Shown one piece after another: positions 37,115 to 45,771 of a stretch of DNA of 45,771 nucleotides. The DNA is from Vulcanisaeta sp. AZ3. Lineage in GTDB: Archaea; Thermoproteota; Thermoprotei; Thermoproteales; Thermocladiaceae. The stretch covers positions 1 through 45,771 of the forward strand of contig JZWU02000011.1 in assembly GCA_000960865.2 (NCBI GenBank), in the 5' to 3' direction. Position numbers and translations under genes: made by a program. The notes beneath the pieces were generated by a model that searched no databases, was not told where the DNA came from, and saw only the letters and a program-made list of their open reading frames with translations. The number at the start of each line of letters is the position of its first letter. The first letter of the stretch is position 1.

Positions 37115-39469
37115 TCATGAGAAGTAATCAAGTATTGATTTCCCAGCCTTGCCCGACATTAACTGAGATTCCTTAACGCCCAAGACTTCTAGTATTCTCA
37201 TTGCTGCAGGTACTATCTGCTTCTCAATGTAGTAGTCAATATCAATCTCCTTGATATCCTTAATGAGAATATAAGGCTTAACCCTATACGCTAACTTTGC
37301 ACCACCACCCTTAACTATGACGTAACCAATCATGTCACCCTTACTAACCTTATAACCAGCCTCGATTAACTGCTTCGCGGCTGCTGCATGTGGCGTTAAT
37401 ACTTTATATTCATTCAAGGACTTATCTAGGGTCTTCCATATTATTACATCATCAATTTCGAATTGATAAGCCCTTAACTTATCAATTACTGACTTAACGT
37501 ACGCCACAGCCTTACCCACATCACCAGTTTTAAGAACAATGTCAGCGACGTTTTCTTGAATATCCTTGGCAATCTCAGCCCAATCACCCCTAACGGCCTC
37601 AAAACCAACAATATCCAACTCACCATCAACAGTCAACCCAACATACCTCTTCTTAGCCTCTGTGAACAAAACCCTCCTATAGACCTTATCCACCTTAACG
37701 TCAAAACCCAGCTCGTTATTAATGTAATTAATTAATGCATCAACCTTATCACTGAGGCTTTTCACGAATAAGCTATCCGTATCACCATAAATGACTGATA
37801 GACCCAAAGACCTCGCTTTCTCAATAACGGTCTTAAGAAGGTTCCTACCCCAGGCAGTTACGGACTCCGCAACCTCACGCCTATACCACCTAGCCCCCAA
37901 CCAACCGCAGTAGCCATACATGGCATTAGCCATCACCTTAAGGGCTCTCTGCCTTTCATTCAATAGAACCCAGTCAGGGTTACCCTCTGGGTAATTCTTC
38001 ATCAACTCCCTAACCTTACGCCTACTATCGACTAAGATCCTTAATAAACCTGGGTATAGACCCTCGGGTGACCTCCTGAACTTATAATTAACCTCGGGTG
38101 CCACGTAACAATCACTACAATCACCAAGCACCAAGGTGTCTGGTGAAACATTGTACTTCATCATTATGCTTGGGTACATGCTTGAGAAATCTATTACGGC
38201 AATATCCTCATGTAGACCTGGCCTAGGCTCAAGCACTATGGCACCTTTATAAGTCTCATAAGGCCTCTCCTCACGATTAGGTGCTAGCTCACCTCTCTTA
38301 ACTGCCTCATAAAATATCATCCACTCAACCCTGGAACCAACACTAGAGGCACCAACTTGATCTAGAGGTAGACCTGATATTGAGGATAGTTGTATTGCAA
38401 AGGGAAGTAATTTCTCAGCTAAACCATAGGTACTAACAACATCATCCCTAGCATACCTAAGCAATAACTCGCGTTTCGACTTATCATCCCAATACTCATA
38501 AATCCTATACCCAGGTATCAAGACTCTCTCCTCCCTCTTCATGACCCCGAAGAACTCAGCTACTCTATCGAGGCTCTTCACCTTAATTTCACTCATCTCT
38601 TCAACGAAGTTATACAGATCCACATTAGCCCTGCCGATTATTGACCAATGACCATAAACACTCTGCTCCGGTGGATTGCCCATTCTTGAAATATTTAGCC
38701 TAATGCCAACCCTTGATGATCTATTGAGCAGGTAGGGCCAGTCAAAGCCATTGTTATTATAACCAACAACTATGTCCGGATCGTACTTCCTGAAGTAATC
38801 CATGAATTCCTTAATTATCTTTGCATCATTCTTATTATCGTCAGCCACGAACATCTTTACACCATCCTCCTTAGTCATCGTAGATATTATGATTATAGGA
38901 TCCCTATCTGGATTTGGCATACCCCTTGGATTGTAGACCTCTATATCCAATGCGAGTACTCTAAGATCAGGCGGCCTATGTTCCTCAATCATCCTAGGCC
39001 TAGTCTTAGCCGAGCACACAAGATCAACTTGATAATTACCCTTAACCTCCTCGCATTGATCAATCACAATCCAATTACTAGGCTTAATACTCATATCCAA
39101 TAAGTACCTCTGGGAGAACCTAATGTCTGCCTCAAGGACATCCTTAACGCCAGGTATCTCAGCTGCAACCTCCCTAAGCTCCCTAATCCTATCAGGAATT
39201 GTTGCAGTAATCTTAATCGTATCAACTTCACTACCAAATAACCTACGCTTAACCAACTCAATACCTAAAACCTTACCCTCAAACTTACGCCTAACATTAT
39301 TGAGCACAGTATTTACATCATCCGAGGGTAACACGTAGAAGTAAGGCTTGAACGACCTGTCAAGAACCAAAACCCTCTTCCCATCCCTTGTAATACCAAA
39401 TAATCTTAACTCCGGTGCACCGCCAACTACGCCGTAGGTTATGTCTAATAACCAGAAGGTTAACTCCAT
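37115..39469 (-). CDS. polB: Family B DNA polymerase (PolB3 type)
   Basis: Exo motifs DIE, YNNNGFDW, YARDD; Pol motifs DFSSMYPS, KVMANAMYGY, YGDTDS, KKRY; C-terminal PIP-like SILDYF. Confidence 0.97.
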   Translation of the reverse strand: MELTFWLLDITYGVVGGAPELRLFGITRDGKRVLVLDRSFKPYFYVLPSDDVNTVLNNVRRKFEGKVLGIELVKRRLFGSEVDTIKITATIPDRIRELREVAAEIPGVKDVLEADIRFSQRYLLDMSIKPSNWIVIDQCEEVKGNYQVDLVCSAKTRPRMIEEHRPPDLRVLALDIEVYNPRGMPNPDRDPIIIISTMTKEDGVKMFVADDNKNDAKIIKEFMDYFRKYDPDIVVGYNNNGFDWPYLLNRSSRVGIRLNISRMGNPPEQSVYGHWSIIGRANVDLYNFVEEMSEIKVKSLDRVAEFFGVMKREERVLIPGYRIYEYWDDKSKRELLLRYARDDVVSTYGLAEKLLPFAIQLSSISGLPLDQVGASSVGSRVEWMIFYEAVKRGELAPNREERPYETYKGAIVLEPRPGLHEDIAVIDFSSMYPSIMMKYNVSPDTLVLGDCSDCYVAPEVNYKFRRSPEGLYPGLLRILVDSRRKVRELMKNYPEGNPDWVLLNERQRALKVMANAMYGYCGWLGARWYRREVAESVTAWGRNLLKTVIEKARSLGLSVIYGDTDSLFVKSLSDKVDALINYINNELGFDVKVDKVYRRVLFTEAKKRYVGLTVDGELDIVGFEAVRGDWAEIAKDIQENVADIVLKTGDVGKAVAYVKSVIDKLRAYQFEIDDVIIWKTLDKSLNEYKVLTPHAAAAKQLIEAGYKVSKGDMIGYVIVKGGGAKLAYRVKPYILIKDIKEIDIDYYIEKQIVPAAMRILEVLGVKESQLMSGKAGKSILDYFS

Positions 39470-39524
39470 TAAATTTTAATGGAGATAAACACCTACTTAA
39501 CCTTTCTTTAAGCGGCTCCTATCT

Positions 39525-40007
39525 TTAAATTGGTAATTTCGGGTCCTCCTTAATCACCTTAGCCACTATTAATGTTGATGTCCTCTCCACCTCTTCCATA
39601 TTCATTATTTGCTCTAATATCTTCAGTATTTCATCCTTACCAGAAGCCCTAACCTGGAGCACAAAATCCCACTCACCAAATATGTAGTAAACAGCCGTTA
39701 CACCATTAATAGTAGCTAATTTCTGCCCAACCCTATCGTGATAACCAGCTCCATACTTAGCCTTAACGAGTAACACAGCCACGTAATCCATACCCATCTT
39801 CTCAGGGCTTAATTTAGCGTGACAACCAAGTATCACGCCCAGCCTCTCTAGCTTCTTTATTCTATAGTAAACTGTCGACTTGGAGATATTCAGTTTATTT
39901 GCAATCTCATCAAGTGTTATTCGGCAATCGTCCTGCAACATTTTCAAAATCTCAATATCTGTCTGGTCCATCTCCTCCGTAATCGACATTAATAAGTCTT
40001 TTACCAT
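39525..40007 (-). CDS. Lrp/AsnC family transcriptional regulator
   Basis: DIEILKMLQDDCR HTH, STVYYRIKKLERLGVI, GEWD RAM domain. Confidence 0.93.
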   Translation of the reverse strand: MVKDLLMSITEEMDQTDIEILKMLQDDCRITLDEIANKLNISKSTVYYRIKKLERLGVILGCHAKLSPEKMGMDYVAVLLVKAKYGAGYHDRVGQKLATINGVTAVYYIFGEWDFVLQVRASGKDEILKILEQIMNMEEVERTSTLIVAKVIKEDPKLPI

Positions 40008-40256
40008 ACTTATTTAAAAAACATTCGCTTGATATAAAAATATCTAGTTTACGACCGATAAAACTACATAATTATCGTAGTTACTCATGCATATAAAAGT
40101 TCATTGATCATTGATCTGCATAAAATGACATAAATAATTCATATAGGCATCAAATCATGAAAAAATATGAATGTAACTGAATGTTCGTTAAATTAATCGG
40201 GAAAAATATTTTTATATTTGGGCTGTAATGATCGGTGAGAAATAATCAATATTCTG

Positions 40257-40562
40257 GTGATTAACATGTCAAGCAGACAAACCCCTGGGTTAAGCAAGGA
40301 CGAGACAGATGAGAGAATAAAACAGGCCCTTTATTACTTAACGAGAATTGTACAGGACATGGGAATACCCAGAAACATAAGGAGAGCGGCTAGTGATGCT
40401 GTTAGAGTGTTAATGGATCAAGGCATGAGCCCAGGTCTAAGGGCAGCTACCGTCATAAGCATACTTGATGAGGCATTAGCTGATCCAAACATGCCTCTTT
40501 TTAGTAGGGTTATTTTTTGGCAGGTAATATCAATATTAGAGCAAATTAAGGACTCTGTTTAA
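40257..40562 (+). CDS. UPF0147 family protein
   Basis: IVQD..IPRNIRRAA, RAATVISILDE...DPNMP...R..W. Confidence 0.9.
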   Translation: MINMSSRQTPGLSKDETDERIKQALYYLTRIVQDMGIPRNIRRAASDAVRVLMDQGMSPGLRAATVISILDEALADPNMPLFSRVIFWQVISILEQIKDSV

Positions 40563-40566
40563 ACAA

Positions 40567-41898
40567 TTAAGTGAGATCGCTTAAAAGGTTCTTTATTAAT
40601 CCCTTACCGAATAGAGTCTCAATAATGAGTCTGGCTGAGGCTATGATCTCTCTAGCCTTCTCATACTCCTCCTTCCACGAGGTTGACTTTCTAGCGACCC
40701 CTTGTTCCACAGCCTTTGTGGCAACTGCAGCAGCAACCCTTGGGTAGAAGTCCCATTCCTCCATTGTGGGTAATATCTTATCCTCACTGAGTCTATCACC
40801 TACGAAGTTCGCAATCTCTTGGGATGCAGTAATAATTATTTCATCGGTTATGGTCTTAGTCCTAACATCCAATGAACCCCTGAAGACCCCTGGGAACACC
40901 AATGAGTTATTTACTTGATTTGGGAAGTCGCTTCTGCCTGTGGCCACTATTCTGGCGCCTGCCTCCTTAGCTTCCCAAGGCCATATCTCTGGTATTGGAT
41001 TGGCTAGAGCAAAGACTATTGGATCCTTATTCATTGACCTGATCCACTCCTTCTTTATTACACCAGGTCCCTGTACAGACGCAGCCACAACAGCATCAGC
41101 ACCAACTAAAGCCTCCTTAATGTCGCCTCTCCTTCTCTCGGCATTCGTCTTTATTGCTAGTTCATACTTCCATGGATTCTCAAGCATTAACTTATCCATG
41201 TCCTCCCTCTCTGGATGCAGTATACCTTTACTGTCAACGAGTATTATATTACCAGGCTTAACACCTGCCTTCATGAGTATCCTGGCAGCCGCTACGTTTG
41301 AAGCGCCAGCCCCCACGAAGACTATTGTTGAATCCTCCATTTTCTTTCCGACAATCTTAAATGCATTAATTAAGCCAGCCAGTATGGCACCAGCCGTCCC
41401 CTGCTGATCATCATGCCAAACAGCTATCTTTAACTCTTCCCTTAACTTATCAAGGACATAGAAGCACTTAGGTGATTCTATATCCTCAAGATTTATACCA
41501 CCGAAGGCAGGTTCTATAGCTTTGGCAACACTTATTAATTCATCAGCCGTCCCAGTTCTTACGGGTAGTGGTACAGCGTCAACACCACCCAGGTATTTAT
41601 AGAGGAGGGATTTTCCCTCCATTACGGGTATTGCTGCCTCAGGGCCTACATTGCCTAGACCAAGGACTCTAGTGCCGTCTGTCAGCACAGCAATTGCATT
41701 CCATCTCCATGTATATTCAAAGGAGAGGTCTAAATTCTTACTTATTTCTCTAGAGACCTCAGCCACACCGGGGGTGTACCATATTGAGAAGTCCTGAAGA
41801 CTCCTCACTGGTACCTTGGGTAAAACCATTATTTTACCGCTATACCTTCTTGATGCCTCAACAGCTATCCTAAACCATTTACTTGACTCTTCTCCCAT
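40567..41898 (-). CDS. NAD(P)-dependent malic enzyme
   Basis: [49 protein letters not shown]. Confidence 0.96.
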   Translation of the reverse strand: MGEESSKWFRIAVEASRRYSGKIMVLPKVPVRSLQDFSIWYTPGVAEVSREISKNLDLSFEYTWRWNAIAVLTDGTRVLGLGNVGPEAAIPVMEGKSLLYKYLGGVDAVPLPVRTGTADELISVAKAIEPAFGGINLEDIESPKCFYVLDKLREELKIAVWHDDQQGTAGAILAGLINAFKIVGKKMEDSTIVFVGAGASNVAAARILMKAGVKPGNIILVDSKGILHPEREDMDKLMLENPWKYELAIKTNAERRRGDIKEALVGADAVVAASVQGPGVIKKEWIRSMNKDPIVFALANPIPEIWPWEAKEAGARIVATGRSDFPNQVNNSLVFPGVFRGSLDVRTKTITDEIIITASQEIANFVGDRLSEDKILPTMEEWDFYPRVAAAVATKAVEQGVARKSTSWKEEYEKAREIIASARLIIETLFGKGLIKNLLSDLT

Positions 41899-42149
41899 TA
41901 CTTATTGTTGATACGAGGGAATTTATATTAATTTCTTAATATGATTTCGTTTATTGCTCTGTGTAGTAATTTATGTACTACTATATTAATGCATTTAGTT
42001 AAATATAGTTAATACTCATTCCCTATATAATAATTGAAGCCTTACCATTTATGATGTGAGGTTATATTAATTCCTTAAACATTGAAGTGTCCCTCATGAC
42101 CTCTAAATGAGGAATGTAAACCTAAACCAATGGAAACCTCCTTCGCTCT

Positions 42150-43220
42150 TTAGGGCAGGGAGGAAGTTAGAATATGAACCTTCTCCCTTGGCACGATTAA
42201 TACTACCTCATCACCAGGACTTAATTCCTTCTTCGATATTGCTGTGAATGTAATATCATCCTTTACTAGAACTTGGACTTGAAATCCAAACCTGGTTCTA
42301 ATTACCTCACGAACAACACCCCTAATTATGTCATTATTGTCTGTCGATCTATGGGAATCGTTAAGTACCTCAATCCATTCAGGTCTTATGCAGACGTAAA
42401 CCTCGCCAGTAATATTGTTATTACTATGTATCTTAATGTCTCCGTTAATCCTGATTATACTACCATCATTAGTTCTCTCGGCAAATCCCCTAAATATGTT
42501 TTGAAATCCTAAAAACCTCGCCGTAAAAACATTCCTAGGCCTTTCAAATACTTGTTCCGGATCTCCCTCTTCAATCATGTTTCCATTATTAATCACAAAG
42601 ATTCTATCAGCTAATGAGTATGCTTCATCCCAGTCATGAGTCACGTGTATAACCGTTACACTATACCTAACAGGTAACTCTCTCAGTAATGGTATAATTC
42701 TTTCCTTAGTCTCTCTATCCAGCATCGAGAGAGGTTCATCAAGTAGTAATACCTTTGGGGTTATGATTAGGGCCCTGGCTAAGGCAACCCTCTGCTGCTC
42801 ACCGCCGCTCAAGTTTATAGCCTTCCTATTCAGCAAATACTCAATGCCAAGGTCTCTGGCTATGTTCATTACTAATCTACGCCTCTCCTCCTTAGATACG
42901 CCCCTAAACCTTAAGCCATACTCAATATTCTCATAAACAGTCATATGGTCAAACACAGCGTATCCCTGAGGTACGTAAGAAACACCACGCCGCTCTGGTG
43001 GTAGGTTAGTTACGTCGTTACCATCAATAACAATCCTACCATCATTAACCTTGTATATTCCGGCAATGGCCTTCAGCAACGTGCTCTTACCTGAACCTGT
43101 GGGGCCTAACACAACATTGTATGACTTGTATCCAAATACTGCATTTATTGGCCCTAATTTAAAGAATCTTAGATTAACAATTAGTTCGTTAAGTTCAACC
43201 ATACCACGCATGTCCACCAC
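42150..43220 (-). CDS. ABC transporter ATP-binding subunit with TOBE domain (WtpC/ModC-like)
   Basis: GPTGSGKS, LSGGEQQR, LLLDEP, VTHD. Confidence 0.92.
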   Translation of the reverse strand: MVDMRGMVELNELIVNLRFFKLGPINAVFGYKSYNVVLGPTGSGKSTLLKAIAGIYKVNDGRIVIDGNDVTNLPPERRGVSYVPQGYAVFDHMTVYENIEYGLRFRGVSKEERRRLVMNIARDLGIEYLLNRKAINLSGGEQQRVALARALIITPKVLLLDEPLSMLDRETKERIIPLLRELPVRYSVTVIHVTHDWDEAYSLADRIFVINNGNMIEEGDPEQVFERPRNVFTARFLGFQNIFRGFAERTNDGSIIRINGDIKIHSNNNITGEVYVCIRPEWIEVLNDSHRSTDNNDIIRGVVREVIRTRFGFQVQVLVKDDITFTAISKKELSPGDEVVLIVPREKVHILTSSLP

Positions 43221-44073
43221 CCATACTGACTAGAATCCTATATATCACGAATATTACTAGCATAACCGCGACAAGAGCTGCAGAGAACTCTACAGCATTC
43301 ACAAGCCCAATACCAACATAACTCTCGTATATATACACAGAAGCTGGATACACTAAGTTCTTGCCAAAGAGTACATAGTAAGCAATTATGAATAAGGCAC
43401 CAGCTTCGCTCACGGAACGGGCCCAGGAGAGGATTGCGCCGGTGGCCATGGATCTCCATATCTTGGGTAGGATTATTGTTGAAAAAACCCTAATTGGGCT
43501 GGCTCCTAATGTCCTGGCCACTGCCTCTATCTCAGGGTCTATCATTTTAACTGCAGTCTCTACAACCCTTATGTAGTATGTGGAGGAGAGGAAGGCCACA
43601 GCAGCCGTGGCGCCCCATAGGGTGTTTATGAAGTTTATTCCGTGGGCCTTAAGGAATGGGCCCAAGCCGTACTGGGATGCAAAGGCTAGTACTATCATTA
43701 TGCCTACGATTATGTGGGGTATCATGATGGGTACGTCAATCACGGCGTCAACAGCGCTTTTTCCTTGGAATTCGTATCTGGCCATCACGTAGGCTAGGGG
43801 TGTGCCCATTATTATGGCTATTATGGCTGATAATGTGGACATGACTATTGTTACTTCAATGGCTTGTATGAAACTTACTATCGATAGAGCTCTTGGTATC
43901 ATTGGGAAGCCAAGAACAATAAGTAGGGCTAATGGGTATATTATTAATATCGAGAATATGAAAATGGAAAGAAGAAGCATTAAAACAATAGATATATTTG
44001 ATTTTAAATTTAATTTTAAGTAGGACATGTTGACCCTAAATCCCCTAGCCCTGGCTTGGGAATATAGAGGCAT
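43195..44073 (-). CDS. ABC transporter permease (WtpB/ModB-like); true start probably further downstream
   Basis: GTPLAY, IDVPIMIPH, EAA-like loop EAVARTLGA, WARSVSEAGA. Confidence 0.9.
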   Translation of the reverse strand: MPLYSQARARGFRVNMSYLKLNLKSNISIVLMLLLSIFIFSILIIYPLALLIVLGFPMIPRALSIVSFIQAIEVTIVMSTLSAIIAIIMGTPLAYVMARYEFQGKSAVDAVIDVPIMIPHIIVGIMIVLAFASQYGLGPFLKAHGINFINTLWGATAAVAFLSSTYYIRVVETAVKMIDPEIEAVARTLGASPIRVFSTIILPKIWRSMATGAILSWARSVSEAGALFIIAYYVLFGKNLVYPASVYIYESYVGIGLVNAVEFSAALVAVMLVIFVIYRILVSMGGGHAWYG

Positions 44074-45172
44074 ACTGTGGATACTGACTTAATGGTACAA
44101 CAAAGGGTTTAATTACATTAGGCACAGCGCTGTAATTACCGTAAACGATACCTGGTATTATTGGCCTAATACCATTCTCCTCCATTATCTTTTGCCCAAT
44201 GGGGCTAAAGAGTATCGACAGGAAGTACTCAGCGGCTTGCTCATTGGATGCTTGGAATGGTATTGTTATTGTGTAGACCACTGGATTGCAGGTGAATGTC
44301 TTTGTAACTCCGTTCTCAGTCCACGTAACGCTTACCTGGTGGTAATAACTCACATAATCAAGATCGCCGAGGTTTATGAATGGCGGTAGTGTTATGAATA
44401 CTGTATTATTATAGACCTTTGTCTGAGGTATTGCGTTGCTCTCATAAGCAGATAGTATGAAGTCCACTTTACCAGCTGCCATTAATGTCAATAAATCAAC
44501 CTCCGTATTCCTCATCATATACTTACTTGGATTGCCGTAGATTGCATTGTATAAGTATGAAGCATTGTTAAAGAAAGCCAAGCCGGCTAACTTAACAACA
44601 CATTGTGCTTGATAACCTGATGGATCTGTGAATGGGTTAGACACTCCAGCTACGGTACTTGGATTAAGCGCTATTATCTGCCAGATTTTTTGCCAGGTCT
44701 CGTTGTATTGAGCCGAGAGTGGTGGGTATTGCTGTGCCTGCTTCCATAGTTGGTAAACCTCCTGCCCTGCTGTTGTGTTTAGATCCACTATTATAACCAT
44801 CTGTGTGATGCCAAAGGCTATCTCGTAATTTGTATAGTTGGGAAATAGGACTGTTGGTATTGTGGTTGTATCTGCAGAGGCAACGATACTAAATTCCTTA
44901 GTAGTGGCTTCGGTATGGGCAACTTCGCCACTACCCTTAAACATTGGTGGTGCCACCGTTATACTTGGATACATACTTTCCATCACGTTTAATATATCAC
45001 CAAAGGCAAACTTCAATGTACCAGCAGCACCCACAGCAAAGGGTGCTGTTGACACTGTTGGGGTTACGATTTTAGTCACGGTCTTGGGCGGCGCAACTAA
45101 GTATCCAGCGACGAAACCTACGATAAGACCGACGACTAAACCCACTACAAGCCATACCTCTTTGCTCGCCAT
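44045..45172 (-). CDS. Tungstate/molybdate ABC transporter substrate-binding protein (WtpA-like)
   Basis: N-terminal TM anchor, AAGTL, GSG, ASAD, SNPFTDPSGY, E..L, YESNA, INLG, YTITIP. Confidence 0.85.
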   Translation of the reverse strand: MASKEVWLVVGLVVGLIVGFVAGYLVAPPKTVTKIVTPTVSTAPFAVGAAGTLKFAFGDILNVMESMYPSITVAPPMFKGSGEVAHTEATTKEFSIVASADTTTIPTVLFPNYTNYEIAFGITQMVIIVDLNTTAGQEVYQLWKQAQQYPPLSAQYNETWQKIWQIIALNPSTVAGVSNPFTDPSGYQAQCVVKLAGLAFFNNASYLYNAIYGNPSKYMMRNTEVDLLTLMAAGKVDFILSAYESNAIPQTKVYNNTVFITLPPFINLGDLDYVSYYHQVSVTWTENGVTKTFTCNPVVYTITIPFQASNEQAAEYFLSILFSPIGQKIMEENGIRPIIPGIVYGNYSAVPNVIKPFVVPLSQYPQYASIFPSQG

Positions 45173-45260
45173 CGACAGAAGGACCCGTCCTGTCTTTTAA
45201 GTTTTATCTAATTTTTGATAAAAATAAATTATCTTTTATTTAGATAATTAATAATACGAG

Positions 45261-45770
45261 TCATTCAGGGGGTATCTCTGTGTATGCTGCGGATATGTCT
45301 ATTCCGTATTTACGAATATTGAGATAACGAGACACGAGGTATGTTATAATACCTAGTATAACAGCTCCAAGTTCTACACCGTAGGCTAGCCAGTTGCCGC
45401 CCCAGATTTGCGGGTAGGCTAAGAACTCATATGTTAGGTATGCCATGACCCCTACCATTAATGTTCCAAATAGCGATAACAAAATCCTTGATTTATTACT
45501 GATGTGGAATTGAGAGTATCTAATAGTGGCTAAGGTAATGGCAGCTATGCCAACAAACATGTAGTAAATTATAGCCTCAACTACAGCACCGTAAAGTGCT
45601 GAGAATGTTCCGTATAGGAATCCGGCTGCTGATATTAGTGCTGCTGTTATGATTAGGTCGATTGTGTGTGCGTGTATTGGTGTTCCTAGTTTTGGGTGTA
45701 GTTGTGCGAAGGTGCTTGGCCATACTCTGTCGAAGGATAGGGCGAACCAGTATCTAATGATTACTATTGC
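45261..45770 (-). CDS. APC-family amino acid permease, 3' part (5' end outside window)
   Basis: The frame is open from the window edge: RYWFALSFDRVWPSTFAQLHPKLGTP...GIDISAAYTEIPPE*, typical of crenarchaeal APC permeases. Confidence 0.85.
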   Translation of the reverse strand, partial: AIVIIRYWFALSFDRVWPSTFAQLHPKLGTPIHAHTIDLIITAALISAAGFLYGTFSALYGAVVEAIIYYMFVGIAAITLATIRYSQFHISNKSRILLSLFGTLMVGVMAYLTYEFLAYPQIWGGNWLAYGVELGAVILGIITYLVSRYLNIRKYGIDISAAYTEIPPE

Positions 45771-45771
45771 T

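Noticed and set aside
431-45200. Numerous short antisense or nested ORFs in the track (e.g. 1558-1989+, 12099-12494-, 31001-31387+, 40940-41407+, 44838-45200+)
   Set aside because: They lie within well-supported genes, have S/L/P/I-rich shadow composition and show no motifs.
1-45771. CRISPR array, tRNA/rRNA genes, IS elements, integrase, inteins
   Set aside because: No regularly spaced repeats, no GC-rich structured RNA stretch and no transposase or integrase motifs were seen; PolB and the ATPases are of normal length.

Overview
Gene-dense chromosomal segment from a thermoacidophilic crenarchaeon of the Thermoproteales, most likely Vulcanisaeta-like (inferred from protein families, leaderless TATA promoters and codon usage). 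Left to right: (1) an ~11 kb acyl-CoA/lipid metabolism cluster (CoA ligase end, amidohydrolase, ECH, DUF35+thiolase, HAD/ECH, two SCP2 proteins, D-2-hydroxyacid dehydrogenase, ThDP enzyme, Zn-ADH, Rieske protein); (2) tmcA/Nat10; (3) an unusual locus in which a type IV pilus/T2SS-like ATPase, with no recognisable pilin or TadC gene in the window, sits with six divergent paralogous coiled-coil proteins, an RHH regulator and a divergent secreted glycoprotein; (4) the rpl37ae-Brix-Pcc1-prefoldin-DUF3194-DHH string; (5) HerA-like ATPase, Zn-less TGT/DpdA-like protein and a small ORF; (6) housekeeping genes (ctaB, Nre, thrS with an apparent frameshift, sulfoquinovose synthase, uppS, map, dnaG, PolB3, Lrp, malic enzyme, WtpABC-like transporter, partial APC permease). 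Three box C/D guide sRNAs not shown in the ORF track can be read from the sequence. No tRNA, rRNA, CRISPR array or transposase was seen.
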